The notes under the pieces: model-generated
Databases searched by the model: none
The model's input: only the letters and a program-made list of their open reading frames with translations
What the model was told of the DNA's origin: nothing
In this document: positions 26,230 to 40,044 of the stretch, piece by piece
Numbering within the stretch: the first letter of the stretch is position 1
Layout: every line of letters starts with the position of its first letter
Translations under genes and position numbers: made by a program
Assembly (NCBI RefSeq): GCF_009914755.1
Contig: NC_060940.1
Length of the DNA stretch: 64,000 bases
DNA from: the human T2T-CHM13v2.0 reference genome, Homo sapiens
Strand: one strand, 5' to 3'

Positions 26230-29200
26230 CCCTAGTGTATCATGGGCTTATGAAACTGACAATGCTAACACCATGTTCATGAAAAGACGTTAGCGTTAGG
26301 AGAAAATGAGCTGTAGGGTTTCCAACATAGGATCATTTCACATCATGCCTTTCCTTACTTCTAGTCACCACATGACTCCCTACCAAACCACATAATGATT
26401 TTGACCCACCCACCCTTCTGAGAATCAGCATGAAACCATGCATTCCTATTGACCCATGGAACATCAAAACTTCCGGCTTTAAATTTCATCCCTGAATTTA
26501 TTAGTCAGTGTTTGGGTCCAACTTAGGGTTCACAGCTTCTTAGAGTAGATATAGAGAGCAAAGCTGGAAATTCCTGGATAATAGCCTTAGAGAAACAGAT
26601 CTAGGCTTAGAATCAAGGCAAGTGGTTATGGGGCCCAGATCTTCCCCTGGGTGCCATGGGGCATCTCCTCTTCCCTCCATGGGCTAGGCTTCTTTAGCTT
26701 TCATTCCACGGAAAAGGGCAGAAAAAGAAGAGAATGCATCAGACCAAGAGTTTGCTAAAGGTTATCTCAGGAGCCACATTAGGAGATGAGAGAAAACATG
26801 AGATGAAAGATTCCAGGCTGCCCCTTGAATCAAAGCCAATCAGAGTAATTTTCCTCTTAACTATTCTACATACTGGGCTTCTGGGTTAAATGTCCTTCCC
26901 ACCCAAAAGAGTGTTTTAAGATTAAACATGCCCGTGTATGTGCGTGTATGTGTGTGTATAGATACATATGTTATTGTTATTAAAGACTTAAAACCACTAG
27001 ACTTGATAACCTCAATGAACCCATCTAGTTCCAATATTCTAGAAAAACTCTCAACATAGAAATAATTTTATGTACAAAAATGCTTCAATGGCCACTAAAA
27101 GTCAGACTTGGGGAGTGCAGGAATTTGACCCATTCCTCCTTCACTTTACCCGTGGCCACAAAATCCCTAGGTGGCCCCATGGAAAAGGACCAAAAATAAG
27201 GTGCATTTTGGAAAGCCTGAATTTAAAGAATAAGGGGGAGGGCAGTGAGGGTACAGAGGGAAGGTTGAGGGTTTACCACATTTTTTTCCTCCACCATACT
27301 CCTCTCCCCCAGCCCCTTTGCCTATTTGCTCAGAGCTTGCAGCCTCCATCTAGCAGTGCAGGCAACATTTCAGCTTCCCCTAGCCCCTCCAAGCCTCTGA
27401 AGAGGACTGGAGCCCTCGAACTTATTTCTGAAGCCGGAGCTCTTGATAGCAGGCCAGCCGGGCAGCCCTGACTGCACAGACTTCTCCCTGAACCCCGTGG
27501 TCCTCCTGTTTTATTAATACTGCACATAACGAGCAGATGCAGCCTGAGTGGCAGCTACAAAGACACTCATCTCCTAAAATGTGATATTTGATCACAGGAG
27601 GATTTTGCGGTGGGATAGCTTATAATCCTAAATTTAAATGCTTCCCGAATTTCAGAGGTTCCAGTATTAAAATCCTTTTAGGATTTTTCAAAGTGTGTAA
27701 TCTGTTTAGAATTTTTTAAGAACTCTCTGGCCCATTCTTTCTCCAAAAATAGGCCTGTTACATTTTTAACTTCTTTAAAAAAAAAGAGAGAAATAAAGAA
27801 ATGTCTTTTTAAAAAATTATTTTGTTGTTTATTTGACTTAAGGGGCAACCGTTTCTAAGACATCCAATGAGATATTCTTACTAAAATGAAGTGAAACTTC
27901 TTTCAGTGACTGCAAATAAAACTAGAAGAAACATTTATTTTAAAAGGGATTAAGGAGAGAGAGAAATAAGAAATTATGCTAAGGGAAAACAAAAAAATAG
28001 AAGTACACCAGAAACAAATACAGAACTCTCTTCTTCCTTCCTCTAAAACTCCCCATAACACCACGGAAAAGAGCAGGCTGGTGGCTTATTATAATTAAAG
28101 TGATATAGATTAAAGTGTGCAGAATAAGTGTTCCCTTGAGTCCAAGAGGTGCTGAATGAATGAAAGGGAGGAGGAAGTAGGGGGAGCAGAGAACGAAGAT
28201 GAAGGGAGAGAGAACCAAGGAGACTAGGCAGCTATTGCCCATGCTCAGCTATCTAAGCAAACCTCAACCCAGGGTAGAACTGGGACTTTCCTGGCTACTG
28301 AACAAGTTAGAAAAGTGTCCTCAAAGACAGTCTACAGGTAGAGATTTCCTCAGAATGGCTGAACCTCATGGACAAATTTTTCCATGTGATTTTCATTCCA
28401 TTTTCATCATCTGTTATAACATAAAATTTCATCAACTGTAAATGTCAGTTCTTCCCTTTATTATTTGCTAATGTCATAAAAATCTGAATTGTTTGCTTTG
28501 TTAAAGGGCTTGCTGGGCATTGACTTTTCCTTATTTGTACTTTACCACCCCAAATGTGTGGGGTTTATTTATTAAAAAAAAAATAACATCCCTTTTGAAA
28601 TGGGATTTAAATAACAGAGCAAGGTTTGCCATTATCATAAATGTATAAAGTGCTTTGTGAGTAATAAAATGGATCATGGATTCAGGATAATTCAAACTGA
28701 AATGTTATGTTCAGTATCAAGATTAGATTACGTTAATGCAGTTCATTTTAAATGGTTTAAAGGCCATCAGATGCATGTGAAAAGAATCTGTATCATAACT
28801 TAGAATAAATAGACTGAGACATTTGTTTATAATGGCAGTGCTAAACAAATCTATTACTACATTTCTGCATGTTGCGTTATATTACCACTGCTATTAAACA
28901 AACAGAGCATGAAGATAAATTATAGCTTTAATTATAAACATTACCTTTGCGTATTTATTAATTTAAAATGGAACAATGTTCAATAACCTTAGGTTATTTA
29001 TATCAGCTAACATTTTAATTAACTTTGTTGTATTTATGCGACTTGGTAATTGTTGCTACCAGGCACATGTAGCTCCTTGAATAATGGAGGCAATCTAACC
29101 TATCCCTGTGAATATTACCCATTAAATGAGATGGTAACAATGTAACTCCTGCCAGAGAGTCAGACTCTGCTGCTCAGCTCCCTGGGTGAGGAGCCCTAAG

Positions 29201-29760
29201 GCTACAAAACTTGACTTTCTCCTTGGAAACCACTGACAGGGAGCACCTTGAATTCCCGGACAGACTGTAAAGAAAGGTGGCAGAGGGGACAGACTGTAAT
29301 TATCCTGTGAATTAAGAATAGTAAGCATCTTTCAAAGAGGTTGAGCTGGAGAACCATCCTTGTTGAGCAAGTGTCCAGAGACCATGGTCCTTCCACAATT
29401 GTGTTCCAATTAAATATACCCATCACAGGCATGAATCTCAGTCATAAACCTCAGACAGGCAATGACTATCACAATTCTGTATTTTTCATTCATCTTAAAT
29501 TTTTCCCCTAAGCCCTCATTGCATGATTGATGGACAAGCCTTTCTCAGTCTTGGCTGGAGTTATACCACAATTCTGAAAGTAGAACAAAAAGCGGGGAAG
29601 CGCTTAGACCACAGCCCACCATGTTTTCTGCTGATAATCTCTTTGCTTGCTTTTCCATTGGTTTCTTTGGAGCCTGGTTGCTACCCACTTTCATGCCATG
29701 AAAGGTCTGTGAAAGCCGTACAGTGACTGAGAACCCTCTTCCCCCTAGTGAGATCCTGTA

Positions 29761-30077
29761 CAGTCACACACGGCACAATGGTGTTTCGGTAAATGATGGA
29801 CCACATATATGTCAGTGATTCTGTAAGATTATAATACTGTATTTTTACTGTACCTTTTCTGTGGTTAGATATACAAATACTACAATCGTGTTACAATTGC
29901 CTGCAGGATTCAGTACAGTCGCATGCCTAGGAGCAATAGGTTACACCACACAGCCTAGGTGTGTAGCAGGCTACACCATCCATGTTCATTAAGTGCACTC
30001 TATGATGTTCACACCATGACAAAATCTAAAGATGCATTTCTCAGAGCACATCCCCCTCGTTAAATGATACATGACAG
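29761..30077 (+). mobile_element. Tigger3a (MER7A) MITE
   Basis: cagtca...ggaccacatat...gcctaggagcaatagg...gtgcactctatgatgttc...catgacag; TA on both sides. Confidence 0.9.
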
Positions 30078-30354
30078 TAGTCATGCCCTCTAAGCTTGCC
30101 TACTCCTTGAGGCATGAATCGGAGCAGCACTTGGGTCAACCCTCCCAGGCCACATCCACAGCTCTCTCCTCCATCCAAACCCAGGGGAATCTCCACTCTC
30201 TCCTGTATTCCCACAGCTTTCTGCCTCTTCCCTAAAACATGCTTTTATTTTGTCATTTTCATGATAGATGCATCAGCCCATTAAATGTGAAGACCAAAGT
30301 GTTCAAAACACAAAAATGTGTTCCCTGTTCTCAAGGGCAGTGGGGGCTTAATAT

Positions 30355-30716
30355 TTTTATTTTTAAATTTTTAACTTTTTAAACTTTTATTTCAGGTTCA
30401 GGGGTACATACGGAGGTTTCTTACACAGGTAAACTCATGGCACTGGGGTTTGTTGTACAGATTATTTTATCACCCAGGTACTAAGCCTAGTACCCAATAG
30501 TTATTTTTCTTGATCCTCCCACTCTGCACCCTCAGGTTGGCCCCAGTGTCAGTTTTTCCCCTCTTTGCATCCATGTGTTCTTGTTATTTAACTCTTATTT
30601 ATAAGTGAGAACATGCGGTATTTGGTTTTCTGTTCCTGCATTACTTTGCTAAACATAATGGCCTCCAGCTCCATCTGTGTTCCTGCAAAGGACAGGATCT
30701 CTTTCTTTTTTATGGA
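30355..30716 (-). mobile_element. Old L1PA/L1PB 3' end
   Basis: ggggtacat...gtacagattattttatcacccaggtactaagc...ataagtgagaacatgcggtatttgg; flanked by gggcttaat on both sides. Confidence 0.9.
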
Positions 30717-30919
30717 GGGCTTAATCTTCATATGCCACATCAAACTCCAAGTAACCAGGGGAGAGAAGAATGTATGACTCTGCAGGAATATGAAAAAGAG
30801 CCTTCTCTCTAAACCTTTGTCCATCACATTTGTGTCCCACCACATCCTTTACTCTCTCAACCCCAGTAGCTGCAACTCTACTCAAAGGGCCTTACATATA
30901 AATATTATATGTATTATAT

Positions 30920-31325
30920 TTATACATATAATGAAATATTATTCTGCCTTAAAAAGGAAGGAAATTCAGATATATGCTACAATATGGATGAACCTTAAGA
31001 ACATAATGCTAAGTGATATAAGGCAGTCACAAAAAGACAAATACTGTATGATTGCACTTGTATGGGGTAGTTAGAGTGGTTAAATTCATAGAGATAGAAA
31101 ACAGAGTGGTGGTTGCCAGGGCTGGGGGGAGGGAGAAATGTGGAGTAGTTAATGTTTAATGGGTACAGAGTTTCAGTTTTACAAGATGAAAAGAGTTCTG
31201 GAAATGAATGGTGGTGATGACTGTACAATATTATGAATGTATTTAATACCACTGAACTATACATTTAAAAATAGTTAAGATGTTAAATTTTATGTTACTG
31301 TATTTTACCACAATAAAAAAATAAA
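30920..31325 (+). mobile_element. L1MB 3' end
   Basis: ccttaaaaaggaaggaaattc...cagtcacaaaaagacaaatactg...aatgggtacagagtttcagttt...ttaccacaataaaaaa. Confidence 0.9.
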
Positions 31326-31329
31326 TTGA

Positions 31330-32655
31330 GCTCCCAACTCTCACCGTATATGAAAATGAACTCTAAATAGATTAAAGACTTAAAACTATGAAACCACTAG
31401 AAGAAAACAGGGAAACACTTCATGACATTGGACTAGGCGAGGATTTTTTGGATAAGACTTCAAAAGCACAGGCAACAAATGCAAAAATAGACAAATGGGA
31501 TTATATCAAACTAAAAAGCTTCTCCACAGCAAAAGAAAGAATCAACAAAATGAGAGACAACCTAAAAATTGGGAGAAAATATTTGCAAACTATGCGTCTG
31601 ATAAAAGGTTAATATGCAGAATACATAAGGAACCCAAACAACTCAATAGAAATAAAGCAAATAATCCAGTTTTTAAAATGGGCAAAGGACTTGAATAGAC
31701 ATTCCTCAAAGAAGACATACAAATAACCAAGAGGCACATGAAAAAAATGCTCAACATCACTAATCATCAGGGAAATGCAAATCAAACCAACAATGAGCTA
31801 TCATCTCACCGCAATTAGAATGGCTGTTTTCAAAACAAAAATCACAAATGCCAATGCGGATATAGAGAAAAGGGAAGCCTTATACTCTGTTGGTGAGAAT
31901 GTAAATTGGTACAGTCATTATGGAAAACACTATGGAAGTTCCTCAAAAAATTAAAAATAAAACTACTGTATGGTCCAGCAATCCCACAACTGGGTATATA
32001 TACAAAGGACATGAAATCGGTATGTTGGAGATCTATCTGCACTCCCATGTTTACTGAACACTAGTCACTAGAGCCAAGAGATGGAATCAGTCTAAATGTC
32101 TATCAACAGATGAATGGATAAAGAAAATGTAGTATATATAACAATGGATTGCTCTTAGCTATAAAAAGAGACTAAAATCCTGTCATTTGCGGTGGCATGG
32201 ATGAATCTGGAAGACATTGTGATAAGTGAAATAAACTAGGTGCAGAAAGACAAATACCGCATGATCTTACTTTTATGTGGAATACAAAAAATTGATCTCA
32301 TAGAAGTAGAGAGTAGAATAGCAGTTACCAGAGGATCAGGAGGGGAGGGCGGAGGGAAGATGGGAAGAGGTTGGTCAGTTAGGTGGGAGCAATAAGTTCT
32401 GGTGCTCTACAACGTAGTAGTGTGACTATAGCTAATAACAATGTATTGCGTATTTCAAGTTTGCTTAGAAAAGATGATTGGAGATGTTAGCGCTACAAAT
32501 AAATAATAAATGTTGAAGGTGATTGTTGAAGGTGATGGATATGTCAACTACCTTGATTCGGTCATTATACAATGTAGACCTGTATTGAAACATCACACTG
32601 TATCCCATAAACATGTACACCTATTATGGGTCAATTTTAAACAAAATTTTAAAAA
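31330..32655 (+). mobile_element. L1MA ORF2 3' part and 3' UTR
   Basis: ORF 31388-31612 (LEEN...HDIGLG.DF...[19 protein letters not shown]) is L1 ORF2; frameshifted. Confidence 0.93.
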
Positions 32656-33099
32656 ATAATAATTTTTTAAAAAATGAATGACTCCCACCACAGGTATCAG
32701 TCAATCCTGATAGTATAATACAATCTGCAACAATCACTGTCTCCACCTTCAGAAAACAAGCGGGTCAGTCCTAAAGTTCAGCATATCCCAGTGATCTGTA
32801 ATGGTTCTCACTCTAGTCCTGATATTACAATAATGTCCAGGGCCAAAATGTCCAAAATTCCATAACAAGATTGTGAGGAGATCAAAATGGGACCTCTTTT
32901 AAAAGACACACAAGAAGTATTTAAATAAGCAGTCTTCTTTACCTACATATTTTTCATTCCTTTTTCTACCATCCTTGTAAAAAATTCAGCCAAATGATGG
33001 AAATGCATACACATTCACATACACTCCAGTTCTCTCCTCCACCCTCCCACTCTCCCTGTTGACTCTATTGTCATTACCTCCATCTAGAAGGTCTGAATT

Positions 33100-33280
33100 T
33101 CATTTTTTCTGCCACTGGCCAATTAGGCAACCTCTGAACATCTTCACTCTAAGATTCTATTTGTTCATCTATGGAATAAGATCAATAATTTAATTCTTAC
33201 CTACCTTCCCAGAAGGATCACTGTATCCAGTGAAATGTGGCTATGAAGGTATTTGGGGAGAAATAATGACCCATCTAAAT
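33100..33280 (+). mobile_element. MIR SINE (degraded)
   Basis: tctgccactgg...ttgttcatctatggaataagat...ttacctacctt. Confidence 0.5.
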
Positions 33281-33599
33281 AAAAGCAGTTATTTTACTAA
33301 AACAAAAAATCATTAGGAGGGCTCCTGAACAGAGTTAGGAAGTTGAGGCTTTATGCTGAATTGAAAATTCTTATTAGAATTGAGAAGTTCTGGAAAGACT
33401 CAGTGTAGATTATCCACTGCTTGTTGAGTTATTTATTAAAGATCTATTTTCCAGAAATAATTACAAAATCAGTATTTTCAAATGCTCCCCACCCCGTAGA
33501 GTTTTGTTTTTTCAGAACACAAGCATTGGTTCTTGCCAATTGATGGCTCTTGCCAATTGGTGGCTCTTGGGTCCATTTGCCTGCTAGTAACAGTACATT

Positions 33600-34000
33600 T
33601 CTAGGTGTGACCAACTACTTCTGCCTGGCTTCACCCAGTGGGAGACCCTGGAGGATACAGGAGGTCAAGGCAGAGAGAAGTCAGGGTATTCCCTGCCTCT
33701 AACTCTACTTTCAGTGATATCTCCAATGTGGGTTGCATCTCTCTCCATGGCCCTAGTTCCCAGCTGGGCAGCCTCTGCCATGGCTTCAGCCTCCATGGAC
33801 AATCCTGGCACTGGGGCTTTGGTACTGCCACCTGCTCCCATTATTCTTCTAGCCCTAGGTGTGATGGCGTTTTCTGTTGTTGCTACTGTCTGGATTGCCT
33901 CAACTTTCCCTGTTTGTCTTTGATACTTTCCCAACCCCCTTATAACCAGTTGCCATTATTAATGTATTCTGTTAGACTACGTGGCATTGGTTGTAATTTA
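33600..34000 (+). mobile_element. Old ERVL-class LTR fragment
   Basis: ggcagagagaagtcagggtatt...ttctagccctagg...ataaccagtt...ctgttagacta; subfamily uncertain. Confidence 0.4.
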
Positions 34001-35479
34001 TGAATGGATCTTAAGTGTCAGTTTCTCACTTCTGAGCAAGAAGGGAAGAATTACAAATGCAAATTGGGGATCCCCAACATTACACAGAAAGAAAAGTGGT
34101 CCTGAAAGGACATGGAAAGGGAGCTATCAACAAGCCAGATGAGAAGTGGAAAACTCCATTCAGTGTTCCTGTGATTCGTCCTCTTTCTCCCATAGTAAAT
34201 TTATATTTTAATCAATTCCTTCAAGAAATAGAATGTTTAGAAGCCAAATGAATACAAAGCAGGATGGTAGGGAGAAATTTGGAGGATGCCTCTCAAACGC
34301 CATCACATGAACACGGCCATCTGCCAGCACCCAGGACACTAGCTGTCTCCTGGACACAGGGTACCCTCAGCCAGGCATATTTTACTCAGTGGCTGGGCCA
34401 GGCTGTGTTTATAATCTTAATAACACAGCAGCTTAATCAAGTCAGCCTTACTACCTTAGCTATCATTTAATTGCCTGTGGTTTATATCTTGCATATTCAG
34501 TGGTTATGTGATTGAAAACTTAACGATTGAGCCACTTAAGAAAGGAAAAAAAGAAGACAAATATTAACACACATTGCATGAGAAATTCAGATTAAATAGA
34601 GTAATTTTACATTTCATCAGATTTTTTTCCAAACTACTGAATAAAGCTTGTGCACACATGCTGGGAGAATATTCTTTCCAACCTGAGCTTAACGGTGTAC
34701 TTTTCTCCCATCAATAAATCTGCATAGCAGTGCTTATAAAATCATCTAACTAAGTGCACCTCATTAACCTATATTTATCTGTGTTGAGTACCTGGTGATC
34801 ACTGATGTTTCTAGAATTGATTATCTCCTTCCAGGTGAGTCTGAAAGAACCCTAGGCTGCGAAAACTTTAATAGATCTGTTGACATTTCCAAAGGATTTT
34901 GAATTCCAATTTCCCTTCCTTGACCACCAGTTCCCAATCATTTTACTTGTTTCCCTGGGAGTTTCAAATCACTTTATCTTTGCCCCCAAGCAGAATCTGT
35001 AACCTAACAGACACATTTGACCTCCCTAGAACCACAACAGAACTTCTGCAGCCCATCAAAATGTGTGGTGGTCTCAATGACAGATGACGCTTACCATAGT
35101 CAGGAAGTGAGTAAAAATTAATTGTGCTTTCAGGAACTGTGAGGTGACAGCAGGCTGAACCAAAGGCAGAGTCCATGAAACAAACACCCACTGGCTCAGT
35201 TTATGGCCACTCAAGCTTCCTTGGCAGTGTTCATGGCTGACTTAGCATTTGGATGCTCCATGAGAGCAGGCACCCTTTCTGTTCCCCACAGTGCTCAAAC
35301 ATCACTCATTGAATGAACTAATGAAACTTAAATTGTACAAATGTAACATAAATATGTTATGTAACATAAATATCTGAATGGGAATACTAAACACAGACTA
35401 CAAACTTTCCAATCCAAAGAGTCTTAGAAATCATCTATGCCCCTACCTTCCCTTTGGAGGTAATTACGGCATCAGAATT

Positions 35480-35650
35480 AGCCTCTGGAATCAAACAACT
35501 TGCTGCACATATAAAAGCTATGTCTCTGGGCGAGCGAGTTAACTTCTCTAAGACTCAGTTTCCTCATCTTTGAAATGGGCATAATAATGGTAGGTAATAG
35601 CATATGTTAAACAAAAAGAAGAGTGGCCAGCCCTCAATATCTGTTAATTA
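35480..35650 (+). mobile_element. MIR SINE
   Basis: agttaacttctctaagactcagtttcctcatctttgaaatggg. Confidence 0.8.
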
Positions 35651-36361
35651 CTGTTACCTAGGTCAGTAGGTAATCAGGTCAGGGAATTTGGTTTCATTTA
35701 GTTTAGATTTTTTTAAAAAAACATAGAAACTTATTTTTCCCAGACAAAGTCTTGATAGAGAAAGACCTCATAATATAAAGCAGATTGAAGCAGAATTACC
35801 CTGGTAGATACCAGTGGGGGTGAGGAGGCTTAGAACACTTGTCAGTTTCCTTCTTGTACCCTGAGGTGACCCCAGGTTCATCTCCAGTAAGACCTGGAGG
35901 AAAACCAAATACTGTATTTGCCTGGATCACTCCTCTCATTCCACAGACAGGGACACTGATGTTCAGAGAGAGGAAGTTATCTGCTTAATATCACACAGCA
36001 AGTTTCTGACCCAAGTTTCCTGAATCTTTCTATCCACCTTCCACCACCTCCAGAATCTCATAGCTGGCAGGGCCTTTGAGAGTGGAACAATGTGGTCCTC
36101 TCCCTCTGTAATATGCCTCGTTCATGTTGGATGTCTCCCTTATTAGGAATTCTAACACTAGAGAATTCTGGCTGAAATCTGCCTGACTGCAACTTTTGCT
36201 CATATGCAGTTATTATTTCAGTACATTATACCAAATAATATCCCGAGATATGCAAAGATAAGTCAATACCACTCATTTAGCAGTGAGGAGACATCCAGGT
36301 CCAATGTGAGGACCTGCCCTTTTCTAGTATTCGTAATTATGCAAATAAAGCAAAATGAAAG

Positions 36362-36810
36362 AGTCACACCCAAGTATCCATTGACAGATGAATGGATAAA
36401 CAAAACATGGTAAATACATACAATAAAATACTATTCAGCCTTAAAAAGCAAGCACATTCTGACATAATCTACAGTATGAATGGATCTTGAGGACATCATG
36501 CCAAATGAAATGAGCCAGTCTCAAAAAGACAAATGTTGTATGATACCACTTACATGAGGTACCTAGAGTAATCAAATTCATAGAAACAAAAAATAGAATG
36601 GAGACTACCAACAGCTTGGGGGAAGATGGAATAGAGAGTTATTTTTTAATGGGTACAGAGTTTCAGTTTGGGAAGATGAAAACGTTCTGGAGATGGATGG
36701 TGGTGATGGTTGTACAGCAGTGTAAATGCACTTAATGCACTTAATTGTACATTTAACAATGGTTAAAATGGCAAATTACATATTATGTATATTTTACTCC
36801 GATAAAAAAT
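36362..36810 (+). mobile_element. L1MB 3' end
   Basis: cccaagtatccattgacagatgaatggataaacaaaa...gttctggagatggatggtggtgatgg. Confidence 0.9.
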
Positions 36811-36853
36811 ACTAAGTTTCTTTTTCAATCCATATCACTGGAGTACACAATGA

Positions 36854-37192
<339 letters not shown>

Positions 37193-38059
37193 AATCAACT
37201 ATACTTCTACCCAAGACTGCAATAGGGGTTGGATGAAGTGTACTAGCTGCCAATGCACCTTCCACCAAGTCAAGTCCCCATGAGGAAGGAAGAGCAGAAA
37301 GAGCCTGGTCCACTATTAAACCACCAGAAGGCATGTACCAGGGTCACAAGTTCTCCAAGCAAGAATTGGGGCTACTTGTTTCTCCCTCATGTGTATGATG
37401 ATTTTTTACCATCCCCGGACACATGACATGAAGGAGCTAGATCAGCCTCAACTGGTAATCATTTTTTAGTGTTCATTATTGTAAGACCATTTCTCCAGAA
37501 ACAACACCAGTCCCCACCCCTGTTGAACTTCTCTAGAGAAGCATAATATAATTGTACACCCTCCCTTCTCTAAGTCCAAATGATCTATCAAAGAACTCTT
37601 AGAATTTAACCTCTTCCAGGAAACCTTCCTGGCTTAATCAGAGAAGAAAAAAACGAGGCAATCCAGTGGATATTCAATTTGCTTTTCCTCCCAAGTTGCA
37701 ATAATGCCTCAATTAATTAGATTCTAAAAAGTTGTGCCATATTTGAGTGGCCACTGGGGCTAAAACGTGAACAATACAAAATTTCTACCCCTAAGGAGAC
37801 AGGTTAGAAAGAAAGGGAGATAAATAAGCCATTTCTAAGCAAGAGATTTTAAAACTGCGCTAGAGAGCTAAGGGGAAGAAGCACCTCACAGCGCTGCCTC
37901 TATAAGGGATTCATAATGGAACATCACAAGTGTATCATACTGGCTCCGTGCTGATCACAGAGTAGAAGCTTGGTCAATACTTGCTGATTATCTCTTCCGC
38001 TACCTTTAAGTAAGTTTAGAATATGTCCTCCCCTTAAGTGAGTCTCCTTGAAAATTTAA

Positions 38060-38740
38060 ATGGCTGTTTTTCTATGTTTACCTTTCCCAATAATGTTTAG
38101 TATCATCTTGAGTCTTGCTCCAAAACAATATACCCCCCAAAAAGTTCTTATCGGAATTTTCATTGAAATTGTATGCAACATATGAATTAATGTGGAAGAA
38201 ACTGAACACTATCAGTTCTTCTCATTAAAGAGTCAAGTATGATATCCCATTTATTCAAATATTTTCTAAACTACAAAGTTTCTATGCTAAGAAATTGTAT
38301 GGTTTTCTTAAACAGATGTTGCATATTTGTTATTATCTTTATTTCTTGGTGTTTATTATTTGTGTAAATGTGGTTAATTATTGTTATTTTAACTGATTAT
38401 TTCCCAAATTTAGGAAAGCACATAATTATTTTTATTCTAGTCTGATATTTGTATTGATCTCTATTATTGGTCTTGATGGATTTTTATTTGCTTCATATGT
38501 GAGACGTTTTATGTACGTAATAATATTATACTATGCATGTGTATATATGGATGTATTATACCAAGGATGATTATATTCTTTCCAATATTTATACCTCATT
38601 TCTTTTTCATATCTTGTTTCATTGGCCAAGATTCCCAAATATTGAATAATATTGGTGATTGCCAACATCTTTAACTTATTGTTGATTTTAATGGGACTAT
38701 CTAGGGTTTTACTGTGAAATCTATTACCCATTGTTTGTTT
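38060..38740 (-). mobile_element. Ancient L1M ORF2 fragment
   Basis: ggaattttcattgaaattg...tcccatttattca...cattggccaag. Confidence 0.55.
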
Positions 38741-39094
38741 TAAAGCTTTCTATATATTTGAATGTATGTTACTCAACTCTAGGAAGAGAAAATTATGCAT
38801 AGAATTTAGAGCAATAACACTGTAATACCCTCAGTTTTCTGACAAGGACATAAGTTATAGTATTTCCCTGGACTTGCTAAGATGAGAAAATAACACATAC
38901 TCCTTAGGAAACATTTCAAAAATAAAAAGTTTAAAAGCAATAGAATTTTCCGAATGATGCTTATTTAATTCAAAAATTTAAAATATGTAGAATTAGCCAA
39001 CTTTTGATGCTGGCAAACAGGAAAAACTTGTCTTCTTGAGCAAATTACTGATTCTCTGAACCATAAATTTTTCACAATTGAAAAACAGTACTAT

Positions 39095-39152
39095 CCCACC
39101 TCCTATGATTGTTTTTAAGATTACCCACCTCCTATGATTGTTTTTAAGATTA
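39095..39152. repeat. Perfect 29 bp tandem duplication inside a MIR (~39020-39210)
   Basis: cccacctcctatgattgtttttaagatta x2. Confidence 0.97.
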
Positions 39153-39470
39153 AGTGAGATACAACACATTTATATATATACTGCTTATATTAAGCACACA
39201 ATACATTTTAGCTCTTTTCCTTTAGTCAAGCTTCTTATACATAATAATCACTGTATAAATATGTATGGAAAGAAATAAAATTTAGCATTCAATACATTTA
39301 ACCTTGATAGACTCTAATTACTCACCATCCATTTTTTTCTACAGTAGACTCAGATTCAACACACACATTTTGAGCAGCTGTTACATTCCAAGTACACTGT
39401 GCTAGTCCATTTTACATGTGTTCTCTAACAAAAACCTAACAGTAGATTTTAGATTACATAGTTGGAGAGG

Positions 39471-39830
39471 TATATTAGTCCATGCTCATGCTGCTATGAA
39501 GAAATACCAGAGATTGGGTAATTTGTAAAGAAAAGAGGTTTAATTGACTCACAGTTCTGCATGGCTGGGGAGGCCTCAGGAAACTTAAAGTCATGGTGGG
39601 AGGCACCTCTTCACAGGGCCACAGAAGAGAGAAATGACAGCAAGCAAGGGAAATGCCAGATGCTTATAAAACCATCAGATCTCGTGAGAACTCACTCACT
39701 ATCATGAGAACAGCGTGGGGGAAACTGTCCCCATGATTCAATTACCTCCATTTTGTCCTGCCTTTGACCTGTGGGAATTATTACAATTCAAGGTGAGATT
39801 TGGGTAGGGACACAGAATCAAACCATATCA
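39471..39830 (-). mobile_element. THE1 (C-like) solo LTR
   Basis: tattagtcc...gaggtttaattgactcacagtt...ttataaaaccatcagatctcgtgaga...aaaccatatca; TSD AGAGG at 39466-39470 and 39831-39835. Confidence 0.95.
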
Positions 39831-40044
39831 AGAGGTCTCCATGATTCTTCCTGTATGTTGTTCAGTACTGAATTGTTTACAATTAAGAAATCAATGCTTT
39901 TTGGATGACAATCATTTGGAAAGCTCAGAGAATCTGAGTTGGAAGGGATGAAGGAAAAACTAGAGGAAAGGGGAGTTGTCCCCACTGTATCATGATTGAT
40001 GTGGGTGTTAATAAGTGTGCATTTATTTTTTAAATGCAAAAAGA

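Noticed and set aside
33665-33934. Overlapping ORFs on both strands, one hydrophobic like a membrane peptide
   Set aside because: They lie in an apparent old LTR fragment, with no splice or promoter support and no recognisable family.
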